In this document: positions 38,204-46,380 of the stretch, in pieces | Layout: each line of letters opens with the position of its first letter | Numbering within the stretch: the first letter of the stretch is position 1 | Assembly: GCA_041483895.1 (NCBI GenBank) | Contig: JBGPGO010000002.1 | Span: 192,001 to 256,000 of the forward strand | DNA from: Fimbriimonadia bacterium | GTDB lineage: Bacteria > Armatimonadota > Fimbriimonadia > Fimbriimonadales > JABRVX01 | Direction of reading: 5' to 3' | DNA: 64,000 nucleotides | The notes under the pieces: generated by a model | The model's database searches: none | Told to the model about the DNA's origin: nothing | The model's input: only the letters and a program-made list of their open reading frames with translations | Program-made: the position numbers and the translations under genes

Positions 38204-39118
38204 ATGAAGCTGGTAACGTTTCGCGCTTACGATAAAGTCCGGGCGGGCTTTTGGCTGGATGGGGTGGGATTGGCGTGCGATCTTCACGAGTGTGCGAGCT
38301 TGGTCCCTGACAGGGAACCGATGCCGTGCACCATCCGAGAGCTGGTGTCTTCCGGCAGGATGGATGAGGCAAGGAGGATCGAACAGATCACGAGGGGCGT
38401 TGCCGAGGCGGTCCCGGGCGCCCTAACCGGCCTGGCGTTTGAGATGCCGGACGTCGAGTGGCTGCCACCGATCCCGGACCCGTCCAAAATCATTGCCATC
38501 GGCCTCAACTACAAGGATCACTGCGAGGAGCAGGGCCTGCCGCCGCCGACGTTCCCGACGGTTTTCGCCAAGCTGCCGAACAGCCTCGCGGCTCAAGACG
38601 CTGATGTGATCTATCCCAGGGAGACGACGAAGCTGGACTATGAGGCGGAACTTGCCTTTGTGATCGGGCGGCTGGCAAAGCGAGTGGCGAAAGAGGATGC
38701 GTTGGACTTTGTCGCGGGATACATGTGCCTCAACGACATAACGGCGCGCGACATCCAAAAGTCCGAGGGCCAATGGATTCGAGGCAAGTCGTTCGACACG
38801 TTCTGCCCTTGCGGCCCATACTTGGTGACGCCGGACGAAGTGCCGGATCTGGGGAACCTGGCAATTCAGTGTAAGGTCAACGGGGAAACGCGGCAGGATA
38901 GCAATACGAGCCAATTGATTTTTGGCGTCGCCGATCTCGTGTCGCGATTGTCCAGCTCCTTCACGCTGTATCCAGGGGACATCGTGACGACCGGGACTCC
39001 GGGCGGGGTAGGGATGTATCGGGGCGAAGACTATCTGTTGAAGGTTGGCGATACCGTGGAGGTCACTATCGAACGGCTAGGAACCTTGCGAAACCGAGTA
39101 GTGGCCGAACCGACCTAG
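38204..39118 (+). CDS. Fumarylacetoacetate hydrolase family protein
   Basis: 'KII.IGLNY.DH', 'DYEAELA.VIG', 'ND.TARD.Q', 'KSFDTFCP.GP', 'TGTPGGVG'. Confidence 0.93.
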   Translation: MKLVTFRAYDKVRAGFWLDGVGLACDLHECASLVPDREPMPCTIRELVSSGRMDEARRIEQITRGVAEAVPGALTGLAFEMPDVEWLPPIPDPSKIIAIGLNYKDHCEEQGLPPPTFPTVFAKLPNSLAAQDADVIYPRETTKLDYEAELAFVIGRLAKRVAKEDALDFVAGYMCLNDITARDIQKSEGQWIRGKSFDTFCPCGPYLVTPDEVPDLGNLAIQCKVNGETRQDSNTSQLIFGVADLVSRLSSSFTLYPGDIVTTGTPGGVGMYRGEDYLLKVGDTVEVTIERLGTLRNRVVAEPT

Positions 39119-39797
39119 CATCCTGCGCCGCCGCGCGAAGGTCCCGGCATTTGTCGCGAAGTGCGACGATGGCGGTCCGCTCGGCATCGCTCAAGGTCGT
39201 CGAAGCATGGCCGTGATAGTCCGGTCCCATGATATCGCTGGGGTTGGCGGCATCGGTAAGACCCAAAATGTGACCGAATTCGTGCGCCACGATGTGAATG
39301 ATGGAGGCGCGATCGTGGCGGCCTCCCATATGGCTGCAGAGAGCAACCTGCACGCTTGCCGTGATGTTGGCCGTCCGCTCATCTCCGCAGACAACCGCTC
39401 GCCGGGTCCAATCCACGTGGCCGCACAGCTTCTTTCCATCGCAGTCCAGTTCGTCCACAAATGTGACGACCACGTTGGCGTGCGCTCGGTCCGATGTCAG
39501 CTCGAAGGGGTTGTCGTCGCCCAAGGCATCCGACCAGATATCCAGCCCGGCGACGCACTGCTTATAAACCGTGGAATTGGGATCGGCGTCGATGAATACT
39601 TTTGCCTTTTGGAGGAGAACCAGGTTGATTTCCGCGAGCGCTCGCTCGTACCGGCCCTCGCTATAGGCCGTGCAGGCGGCTTCGTAGTGCCGCGCGATTT
39701 TTGGATCCAACCGCTCGGAGTAGGCGGACAAATCCGCGGCGTATCCCCCAGTAAGCGAAACCAGCCATAAGGCCGGCAAACATCGCAGCGCCCTCAT
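39066..39797 (-). CDS. Matrixin-like (metzincin) secreted metalloprotease
   Basis: 'HEFGHILGL.D' plus Met-turn 'DIMGP'; signal peptide. Confidence 0.8.
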   Translation of the reverse strand: MRALRCLPALWLVSLTGGYAADLSAYSERLDPKIARHYEAACTAYSEGRYERALAEINLVLLQKAKVFIDADPNSTVYKQCVAGLDIWSDALGDDNPFELTSDRAHANVVVTFVDELDCDGKKLCGHVDWTRRAVVCGDERTANITASVQVALCSHMGGRHDRASIIHIVAHEFGHILGLTDAANPSDIMGPDYHGHASTTLSDAERTAIVALRDKCRDLRAAAQDARSVRPLLGFARFLAVR

Positions 39798-40001
39798 AAT
39801 GCCCTCTTTCCACAATGCAAAAAGAAATCAAAGAAAAATCGCGCGAGGGGAATCCACCATGCCCCTTGGCGACTGGGGCATGATACGGCAGGTTGGCGAT
39901 ATGTCCAATGCCTGGTAAGGGCAATTCCGGTAAACATGGCGAGCAATCCCAATAGTAGGACCTGTACGGGGCCTGGTAACCCCCATTGGTATAATCTCGG
40001 C

Positions 40002-41264
40002 ATGACTCCGCAAAATCCTCAGGACCTGCTGCTTTCTGTCCGGCAGGCATATCGCGAACATGTGAATCCGGGGCTGGAACGATTGTTCGCGTTCATGGGA
40101 TTGCCGCTGGAATGGCGGTCGGAAGGCTGCACGATCTACGACGCGGAGGGAATTGGCTACCTGGACTGCCTCGGGGGATATGGGGTGTTCAGCCTGGGCC
40201 ACCGGCATGCGAAGGTTGTGGAGGCCGTCAAGCGGCAGCTCGACCTTATGCCGCTGTCGGGGAAGATTTTCTTTAATAAGCCCGTCGCTGACTTGGCGGT
40301 GAAGCTGTCGGAGATCGCGCATCTGCCTTATAGTTTCTTGTGCAATTCAGGCACGGAGGCGGTGGAGGGGGCGATCAAGGTGGCGCGCAAGGCGACCGGC
40401 AAGCACAACTTCGTTGCCACCATTGGGGGCTTTCACGGCAAGAGCATGGGGTCGCTGTCGGCATCCGGCCGCGATGTGTTCAAGGTCGGATACGATCCGT
40501 TGGTGCCGGGTTTCGCCCACGTGCCGTTTGGGGACGCGGCCGCGATGGAGGAGGCGGTTGGGCTGGATACAGCCGGGATCATCGTGGAGCCGATCCAGGG
40601 GGAGGGTGGAATTGTCTGCCCGCCTGCCGACTATCTGCCGCGGTTGCGTGCGCTGTGCGACAAGGCCGGGGCGCTGCTGATTTTGGACGAGGTGCAGACG
40701 GGACTGGGGCGGACGGGGAAGATGTTCGCATGCGAGCACTACGGAGTCGTGCCGGACGTGATGACGCTTGCGAAGGCGCTCGGCGGCGGCGTGATGCCGT
40801 GCGGGGCGTTTCTAGCGACGGCGGACGTGTGGGAGAAGGCGTTTGGCGAGAACCCCCTGATTCATACCAGCACCTTTGGCGGGAACCCGATGGCGGCGGC
40901 GGCTGCGCTGGCTACCATACAGGCGATTCAGGACGAAGGGCTTTGTGAGAAATCGCGGCTGATGGGTGAGCGGATGGTGGCCGGGCTGCGGCGGGTGCAG
41001 GCGGAGTTTCCTCAACACATACTCGAAGTTCGCGGGATGGGTCTGATGATCGGCGTGGAGTTCGCGGATGATGACGTGGGGAAGTTGGTGATTGGGAAGA
41101 TGATTTCCAACCATGTGCTGGCGGCGTATACGCTCAACAATCCGCGGGTGATTCGGATGGAGCCTCCGCTGATTATCTCGCCGGAGCAGGTGGATCAGGC
41201 CGTTTCCGTTTTTGCCGCCGCGATGACTTCGACGGCGGAATTGCTGACTGAGATGGGTGTGTAG
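40002..41264 (+). CDS. Class III aminotransferase (putrescine aminotransferase-like)
   Basis: 'YLDCLGGYG...LGH', 'NSGTEAVE', 'EPIQGEGG', 'DEVQTG.GRTG', 'LAKALGGG', 'HTSTFGGNP'. Confidence 0.9.
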   Translation: MTPQNPQDLLLSVRQAYREHVNPGLERLFAFMGLPLEWRSEGCTIYDAEGIGYLDCLGGYGVFSLGHRHAKVVEAVKRQLDLMPLSGKIFFNKPVADLAVKLSEIAHLPYSFLCNSGTEAVEGAIKVARKATGKHNFVATIGGFHGKSMGSLSASGRDVFKVGYDPLVPGFAHVPFGDAAAMEEAVGLDTAGIIVEPIQGEGGIVCPPADYLPRLRALCDKAGALLILDEVQTGLGRTGKMFACEHYGVVPDVMTLAKALGGGVMPCGAFLATADVWEKAFGENPLIHTSTFGGNPMAAAAALATIQAIQDEGLCEKSRLMGERMVAGLRRVQAEFPQHILEVRGMGLMIGVEFADDDVGKLVIGKMISNHVLAAYTLNNPRVIRMEPPLIISPEQVDQAVSVFAAAMTSTAELLTEMGV

Positions 41265-41267
41265 CCC

Positions 41268-41359
41268 GTCATTCCGAAGCGCAGCGAGGAATCCCTCTCA
41301 GAAGCCTCCAACTATTGACGACCTCCCAAAAGGGATTCCTCGCTCCGCTTCGGAATGAC
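41268..41359. repeat. REP/REPIN-like inverted repeat (29-bp arms)
   Basis: GTCATTCCGAAGCGCAGCGAGGAATCCCT ... AGGGATTCCTCGCTCCGCTTCGGAATGAC, 28/29 complementary, just after a stop codon. Confidence 0.88.
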
Positions 41360-41427
41360 ACTACACGTAGGCAACACTAGTAACTTGCCGCGTGAGGAGC
41401 GAGAGGCGCGCAGACAGAATCCAAATC

Positions 41428-42129
41428 ATGCTTGCTCGCGCGTTTACCCTGATTGAATTACTGGTGGTCATTGCGATTATCGCGGTGCTGGCGGCGGTGT
41501 TATTCCCGGTATTTGCTAGGGCCCGGGAACAGGCGAAAGCCACGAGCTGCTCCAGCAACATGAACCAACTTTCCAAGGCCTTTTTGATGTACGTTGACAA
41601 CAGCGACGGCAGATACCCGTCGGAGGGCAGCGAGGGCCGGCCGCAGCGGAACGACTGGGTGTGGGTCAGCAAACTGATGGCGCCCGAGTTCAAGACCGCG
41701 GAGATCAAGGCCGGCGTGATCTTTCCGTATGTCAAAGATATCCGCGTATACAAATGCCCCATCGACATCTCCGTCAAGAGTGAAATCACGTATATGATGT
41801 CTGATCCGTTTGACATGCGAAAGATGTCTACGGTGGCATGGCCCTCTTCTTCGATTCTGCTGGTGGAAGAGTATGAGAAGGGCGTGTGGTATCGCAACGA
41901 CGGGACGATCTGGCCGCTGAAAGACGTGCACAACTGGCGGGCCGGCGGCAACAACTTGGACCTCATGGCGCCGTGGCATGCGGGCCGCGGGATCGTTGGG
42001 TTTTCGGACGGTCATGTCAAGGCGGTACTGCAACAGGAACTGACTCCCACCTGGGGCGCCTACGCCGGCGGCCCCTACCCGCGCCTTTTCCAGATGTTCC
42101 AGCCGGATCGAGTGGAGGAGGGTCAGTGA
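41428..42129 (+). CDS. Prepilin-type N-terminal cleavage/methylation protein with H-X9-DG motif (DUF1559-like)
   Basis: '[31 protein letters not shown]....C.SN..Q' and '[16 protein letters not shown]'. Confidence 0.92.
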   Translation: MLARAFTLIELLVVIAIIAVLAAVLFPVFARAREQAKATSCSSNMNQLSKAFLMYVDNSDGRYPSEGSEGRPQRNDWVWVSKLMAPEFKTAEIKAGVIFPYVKDIRVYKCPIDISVKSEITYMMSDPFDMRKMSTVAWPSSSILLVEEYEKGVWYRNDGTIWPLKDVHNWRAGGNNLDLMAPWHAGRGIVGFSDGHVKAVLQQELTPTWGAYAGGPYPRLFQMFQPDRVEEGQ

Positions 42130-43430
42130 CGCGGCCAGCGCCGGACCAGCAACGCGAAGCCCGCAATCAACCCGGCGACCGGTATCGCCGGTTCCGGAAC
42201 CGGCGATGAGAGCCAGACGGATGCCGTGCCGTCCATGTCCTCCGACTCCCACAGCACTTGCCCGTTGACACCTACCGCCAAGGCACGCGAGGCAAGATAA
42301 TTGAATCCTCCATACGCGTCCTTAGACAGGTTAAACTGGTTGTCAAAAACGCTGCGGACGGGCATCTTCGGCCCCAGACCATACCAGACTCCATTGCCAA
42401 ATCGATCTAAGCCAATGGTTCCGAAGTCCGTCGGAATCCCAAGCAGATCAGTGCTGATATTCTTCCCGTTTAGTATTGCAATGTGACCCAGAGTCTTGCT
42501 CGCCGCCCCCCAAAAAACATCACCTTCGTCATTGATGTAATTAAAGTTCTGTGGAATTCCCTGGATGTCGCTCCCAAACGGAGCCGAGATGTCTTTCATG
42601 CCCTTCATCATGTGGTCGGTGTTATCGACATCTGTTCGAATCCATATGAAATCGTTGTGATTGTTGATCCCTTCCGGTCTGCCGCCCTTCATATTTGGAA
42701 ACATCCCGGCTGTCACACTTTGTTGATTGAAAAACAGGTCCTTGATTCCGTTGGTGTTCGGCCCCATGCCTTCCCAAAGCACATCTCCCGTTTGGCTCAA
42801 TACTGATTTATCTGTTATGCCATGCGCTCCGAGAATCCCCGTGCTGATATCCACACCGTTCAAGAAAACTGGAGTCGCGTCTATTGAATCGTCATACGCG
42901 CGAAACAAAGTGTCGCCTTTTCCGTTGACGCCAAACAGGAATGGATCGTAGAGCGGCTTCCCACCAGATATCTCATTGTCTCCCAAGAACCCTCTCACCG
43001 GCCCGGTTTTGCGCCAAAACCAGAACGGCCTGCCCGAATCGTCAAGTCCCCGAATGACCACTCGGTTTTGAGTCGGATCCGGTGGGAATAGCGGACCATA
43101 GAAGTCGTGACCATCCACATTGACAGAGATCGAGTCCTTGGTGCCGCCTTCCCACGCAACCTGTCCCAGGTCATTAATGCCAAATGTATAGCCGTTGCTA
43201 TTGGGCCCAAGGTATTTGAAGTTAAGGTTGGTCTTGTATTTCCACGCGTCGCGGTAGCCACCAGTTGCGATCGTCGTGTAGCAGGGGATTCCTTGCGAGT
43301 TTACGAAGTGGGTGTGTTCTGAGCCTTCCGCACCTTTGGTTCCGCTTACCAGCTGTTCATGTTTCCACTGGGTCTGGGAGTGGCAGGCGACCAGCATCGT
43401 CATTGATAGTAATCCAGATACGAAACGCAC
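42123..43430 (-). CDS. PEP-CTERM protein with internal beta-propeller-like repeats
   Basis: Repeats 'IN..G...W.G....D.F.N...IS'; C-terminal 'SPVPEP' + TM + RR. GTG start with SD inferred. Confidence 0.8.
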   Translation of the reverse strand: MRFVSGLLSMTMLVACHSQTQWKHEQLVSGTKGAEGSEHTHFVNSQGIPCYTTIATGGYRDAWKYKTNLNFKYLGPNSNGYTFGINDLGQVAWEGGTKDSISVNVDGHDFYGPLFPPDPTQNRVVIRGLDDSGRPFWFWRKTGPVRGFLGDNEISGGKPLYDPFLFGVNGKGDTLFRAYDDSIDATPVFLNGVDISTGILGAHGITDKSVLSQTGDVLWEGMGPNTNGIKDLFFNQQSVTAGMFPNMKGGRPEGINNHNDFIWIRTDVDNTDHMMKGMKDISAPFGSDIQGIPQNFNYINDEGDVFWGAASKTLGHIAILNGKNISTDLLGIPTDFGTIGLDRFGNGVWYGLGPKMPVRSVFDNQFNLSKDAYGGFNYLASRALAVGVNGQVLWESEDMDGTASVWLSSPVPEPAIPVAGLIAGFALLVRRWPRH

Positions 43431-43464
43431 AATAAGCGGTCCTTTCTGAACGAAGCCTATGTTT

Positions 43465-43490
43465 GCCTGCGGCCCTTTCGGGCCGCAGGC
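43465..43490. terminator. Perfect GC-rich hairpin after the gene remnant
   Basis: GCCTGCGGCCC-TTTC-GGGCCGCAGGC. Confidence 0.55.
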
Positions 43491-43501
43491 TGCAAAAGGG
43501 G

Positions 43502-43576
43502 TTACACACCCCAATACGCTTTGATATCTCCGTCGTTGGTGACGAAGATAACGGCGCCGTCGTTGTCGATCGCCAG
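43502..43576 (-). pseudogene. C-terminal remnant of a probable PQQ-like beta-propeller protein
   Basis: Reads 'LAIDNDGAVIFVTNDGDIKAYWGV*' with coding-like codons; no 5' part; abuts a palindrome. Confidence 0.45.
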
Positions 43577-43747
43577 ATTTTATCCCTCAACAGGTCCTCC
43601 TGTTGAGGGATAAAATCTGGCGATCACCTCGGCAGTGCGGAGGACATCGGTCGGCGTATCGCAACGTGTGGATATATTACACCATCTTTCGGGCTCTTGG
43701 TAGCAAGGAACCTCCAGAAGACCCTCAACAGGAGGACCTGTTGAGGG
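43568..43747. repeat. Pair of inverted hairpin (REP/MITE-like) elements
   Basis: 27-bp-arm perfect palindrome at 43568-43625 (loop TCCT) and core CCCTCAACAGG-AGGA-CCTGTTGAGGG at 43722-43747. Confidence 0.85.
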
Positions 43748-43850
43748 ATGCGAATAGAGAAACAATCCAGGGTCGGACCCAGTAAGATCGGTTCATGGCC
43801 TAGTGCGTGGGCACAAATGTCCCGACTGAGCGGGTCGACGACTACCGCGT

Positions 43851-44528
43851 CTATGGCCGATTGGCGGGATCGAGGGCTAGCTGGATCGGTTCGCGTGGGC
43901 CGGTAAATTTGGGGCGTGTGTGGAGGATGTTGATGTCCACCCAGACCAGCGAACGGGAGCCGATCTCGCGGATATAGGTCCACGGCGCGATGGAGCGCGG
44001 CAGCGGCTTTGTTTGGAAGCCGACGGCATCGAGATTTTCTTGAGCGGCGATGTACAGAGCGCGCGGAAGGTGAAAATCGTCCGTCACAATGGTGCATCGG
44101 GTGAGGCCGAACGCCGTGCGCGCGCGGACGACGGAATCGAGCGTCCGAAATCCCGCGCAGTCCATCACGATATCCTTTTCCGGCACGCTGCGCGCAACGA
44201 GAGCCTTGCTCATCGCCATTGGCTCGTTGTAGTAGGGCGTTCCGTTGTCGCCGCTAACCAACAGTTTCTTGACCTTGCCGGCGTGGTAGACCTCGGCGGC
44301 GGCATCCATTCGCCGCTCGAAAAACAGGTTCTTCGCGCCTTGATAGCTGGGCGACGTTCCGAGGACGAGGCCGACAGGCGTGACCGGAACAGTGTCGAGA
44401 TCGCGATAGATTCGGCCGTCGGACTGATTGATCACCGCGCGGTTCGTGGCCCAAAGGAAGCAGGCGGGCATGGCAAGCGCGATGCATGCCAGCAGCAGGA
44501 ACCGCCTCCCTTTTCGCCGTTTCGCCAT
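43851..44528 (-). CDS. sanA: SanA/YdcF (DUF218) family protein
   Basis: 'LVLGT', 'R..AA..Y..GKV..LLVSGDN....YNEP..M', 'D.AGFRTLDSVVRA', 'FHLPRA', 'RE'. Confidence 0.85.
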   Translation of the reverse strand: MAKRRKGRRFLLLACIALAMPACFLWATNRAVINQSDGRIYRDLDTVPVTPVGLVLGTSPSYQGAKNLFFERRMDAAAEVYHAGKVKKLLVSGDNGTPYYNEPMAMSKALVARSVPEKDIVMDCAGFRTLDSVVRARTAFGLTRCTIVTDDFHLPRALYIAAQENLDAVGFQTKPLPRSIAPWTYIREIGSRSLVWVDINILHTRPKFTGPREPIQLALDPANRP

Positions 44529-44630
44529 AGCATCAGTGTACATTATTTTTGCCGGGTCCGCCTCAATGGCGCGCAGAAAACATGAAACTGCGTTTACAAT
44601 AAGCAAGTCATGGTTCTGGAGGTGGCTTGT

Positions 44631-45074
44631 ATGCGGGTTTCCGTCGGCGCAACGTTCATCGTCCTCGTGCTCTGCGGCTGCAAACACGATCTGTTTCCTC
44701 AAGGAGCGTGGATCGGTCTGGACATGCAGAATGCGACTACCATTGTTACGTCCCGCTTTACGGTGAAGGAGGATAAGACGTTTACGCTCAGCCAGATCTA
44801 TATTCAGAAAGGCGCGTCTTCCCCCAACAAGACCGATTGGACCGGAAAGTGGGAATATACAAGTTCCGGCAAACCTCGGCTCACTTTGACCTACCTGACG
44901 CGACAGATCAACGAAGGCCAGACGGAGGACGTCAGCGCCCAAAACTACAAGCTGACCGGCGTTGTGGACCGGGTTCCGGGGCAGGATGCGTTCCAGTGGA
45001 GCGAAGAGTTCGCGGGGGGCAAGACACATCCATCGACATGGACCCCCGCGGTGGGCTCGCTTCCCGGCCAGTAG
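44631..45074 (+). CDS. Hypothetical lipoprotein
   Basis: GGAGG SD; lipobox LCGC; beta-rich. Confidence 0.65.
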   Translation: MRVSVGATFIVLVLCGCKHDLFPQGAWIGLDMQNATTIVTSRFTVKEDKTFTLSQIYIQKGASSPNKTDWTGKWEYTSSGKPRLTLTYLTRQINEGQTEDVSAQNYKLTGVVDRVPGQDAFQWSEEFAGGKTHPSTWTPAVGSLPGQ

Positions 45075-45163
45075 GTTTTCTTGCGGAGCGTGCAACGGGA
45101 AGCTGATTGCATGACTCATAATCCATGATCGAGAAATTAGTTTGCGCTGGGAGAGGAGCTATT

Positions 45164-46294
45164 ATGAATTGCAAAATCATCTGTCTGTTGTTGATTGGCG
45201 GTCTTTTTTGCGGACTAACCGCGTGGGCCGACGACGAGATCTGTCCGTACCACAAGCTCAAGTGGGACGACTTCAAGGGGCCGATGCCTGGCGGTACCGA
45301 CCTCGACTCGGAAACCGATTGCGGTTTTCAGAATTCCGCCTACACGGTGCAGACTGAGCCAAAAGCGGGGGGCGGCTTCAAGGCAAAGTCAAAGGATATC
45401 AAGATCACCGCCTACATGAACAAGTCCACTTCGTGGGTCCGACCGGGAATCCCGGGCGGCGCCAGTTCTGCTGCCTTGCTGGAGCACGAACAATATCACA
45501 TGGATATCGCCGAGTATTGGGCGAAAGAGGTGCAAAAGCGCGTCGACAAACTCGAAGGCGAAGGCGCGACCGCGCAGGCTGCGACCGACGACTACAAGGC
45601 CAAGCTGAAAAAGACCCTCGACGATGCCAAGAAAGAGTGCGACGCCATGCAGAAGAAGTACGACGACGAGACGAAGCATGGGACCGACTCGGCCGAACAG
45701 GCCAAGTGGTGCAAGACGGTCGGACAGCTTTTGGCATGCGCGCCCGTCAATCGCGATAAGGCATTCTGCATGAACGGCCATTTGCAGTTTCAGCCGGGGG
45801 TCGGCCTGTTCGTTGCCGATTCTTTCTTCGATGTGTTCTACCAGGTTGAGCTGCCGTTCAACGATCCGATCATGCAGGGAGGGCGCCTCCATCTGCCGCC
45901 GCTTCAGTACACCGGCCCTCACATGAATCAATATGGTCAGCCGCTTTGGAAATTCGAAGCGACGCCGATGGCCGGATTTTTCCAAATGTACGCCAACAAC
46001 AATGCTCTCGCGGCTTCGGGAGAACTGTTGCTGTTGATGTCTCATGGCAACCAGATGACGGGATGGTTGGAGGCCGTGGATGTGCAGCCGAACGTCACGG
46101 ACTTCTCGCCATATTTCCACAATGTGGAACAGACGCGAAATACGGGAAAGGCGCTCATGACGATCACGATCAACACGCCCATGCCGATTGAGGTCGCGAC
46201 GCAAAACTTCACTCGGCCGGCCAACATGCCGTGCCAGATCGTGGTGGGAACCAACTACGTCCCATTGAGTCTGGGAATCCCGATGCAGAGATAA
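45164..46294 (+). CDS. Secreted DUF922-like zinc metallopeptidase with additional C-terminal domain
   Basis: 'L.WDDFKG', 'SWV', 'LLEHEQYH.DI.E', 'Q..YD.ET.HG'. Confidence 0.8.
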   Translation: MNCKIICLLLIGGLFCGLTAWADDEICPYHKLKWDDFKGPMPGGTDLDSETDCGFQNSAYTVQTEPKAGGGFKAKSKDIKITAYMNKSTSWVRPGIPGGASSAALLEHEQYHMDIAEYWAKEVQKRVDKLEGEGATAQAATDDYKAKLKKTLDDAKKECDAMQKKYDDETKHGTDSAEQAKWCKTVGQLLACAPVNRDKAFCMNGHLQFQPGVGLFVADSFFDVFYQVELPFNDPIMQGGRLHLPPLQYTGPHMNQYGQPLWKFEATPMAGFFQMYANNNALAASGELLLLMSHGNQMTGWLEAVDVQPNVTDFSPYFHNVEQTRNTGKALMTITINTPMPIEVATQNFTRPANMPCQIVVGTNYVPLSLGIPMQR

Positions 46295-46380
46295 CATGGA
46301 TCCGGTTCACCCCGGCGCCACATCGCGCCGGGGAGAACTTTCAGTCACGTTTGTGCAGTATGATCGGTCGTTAACGCGCG

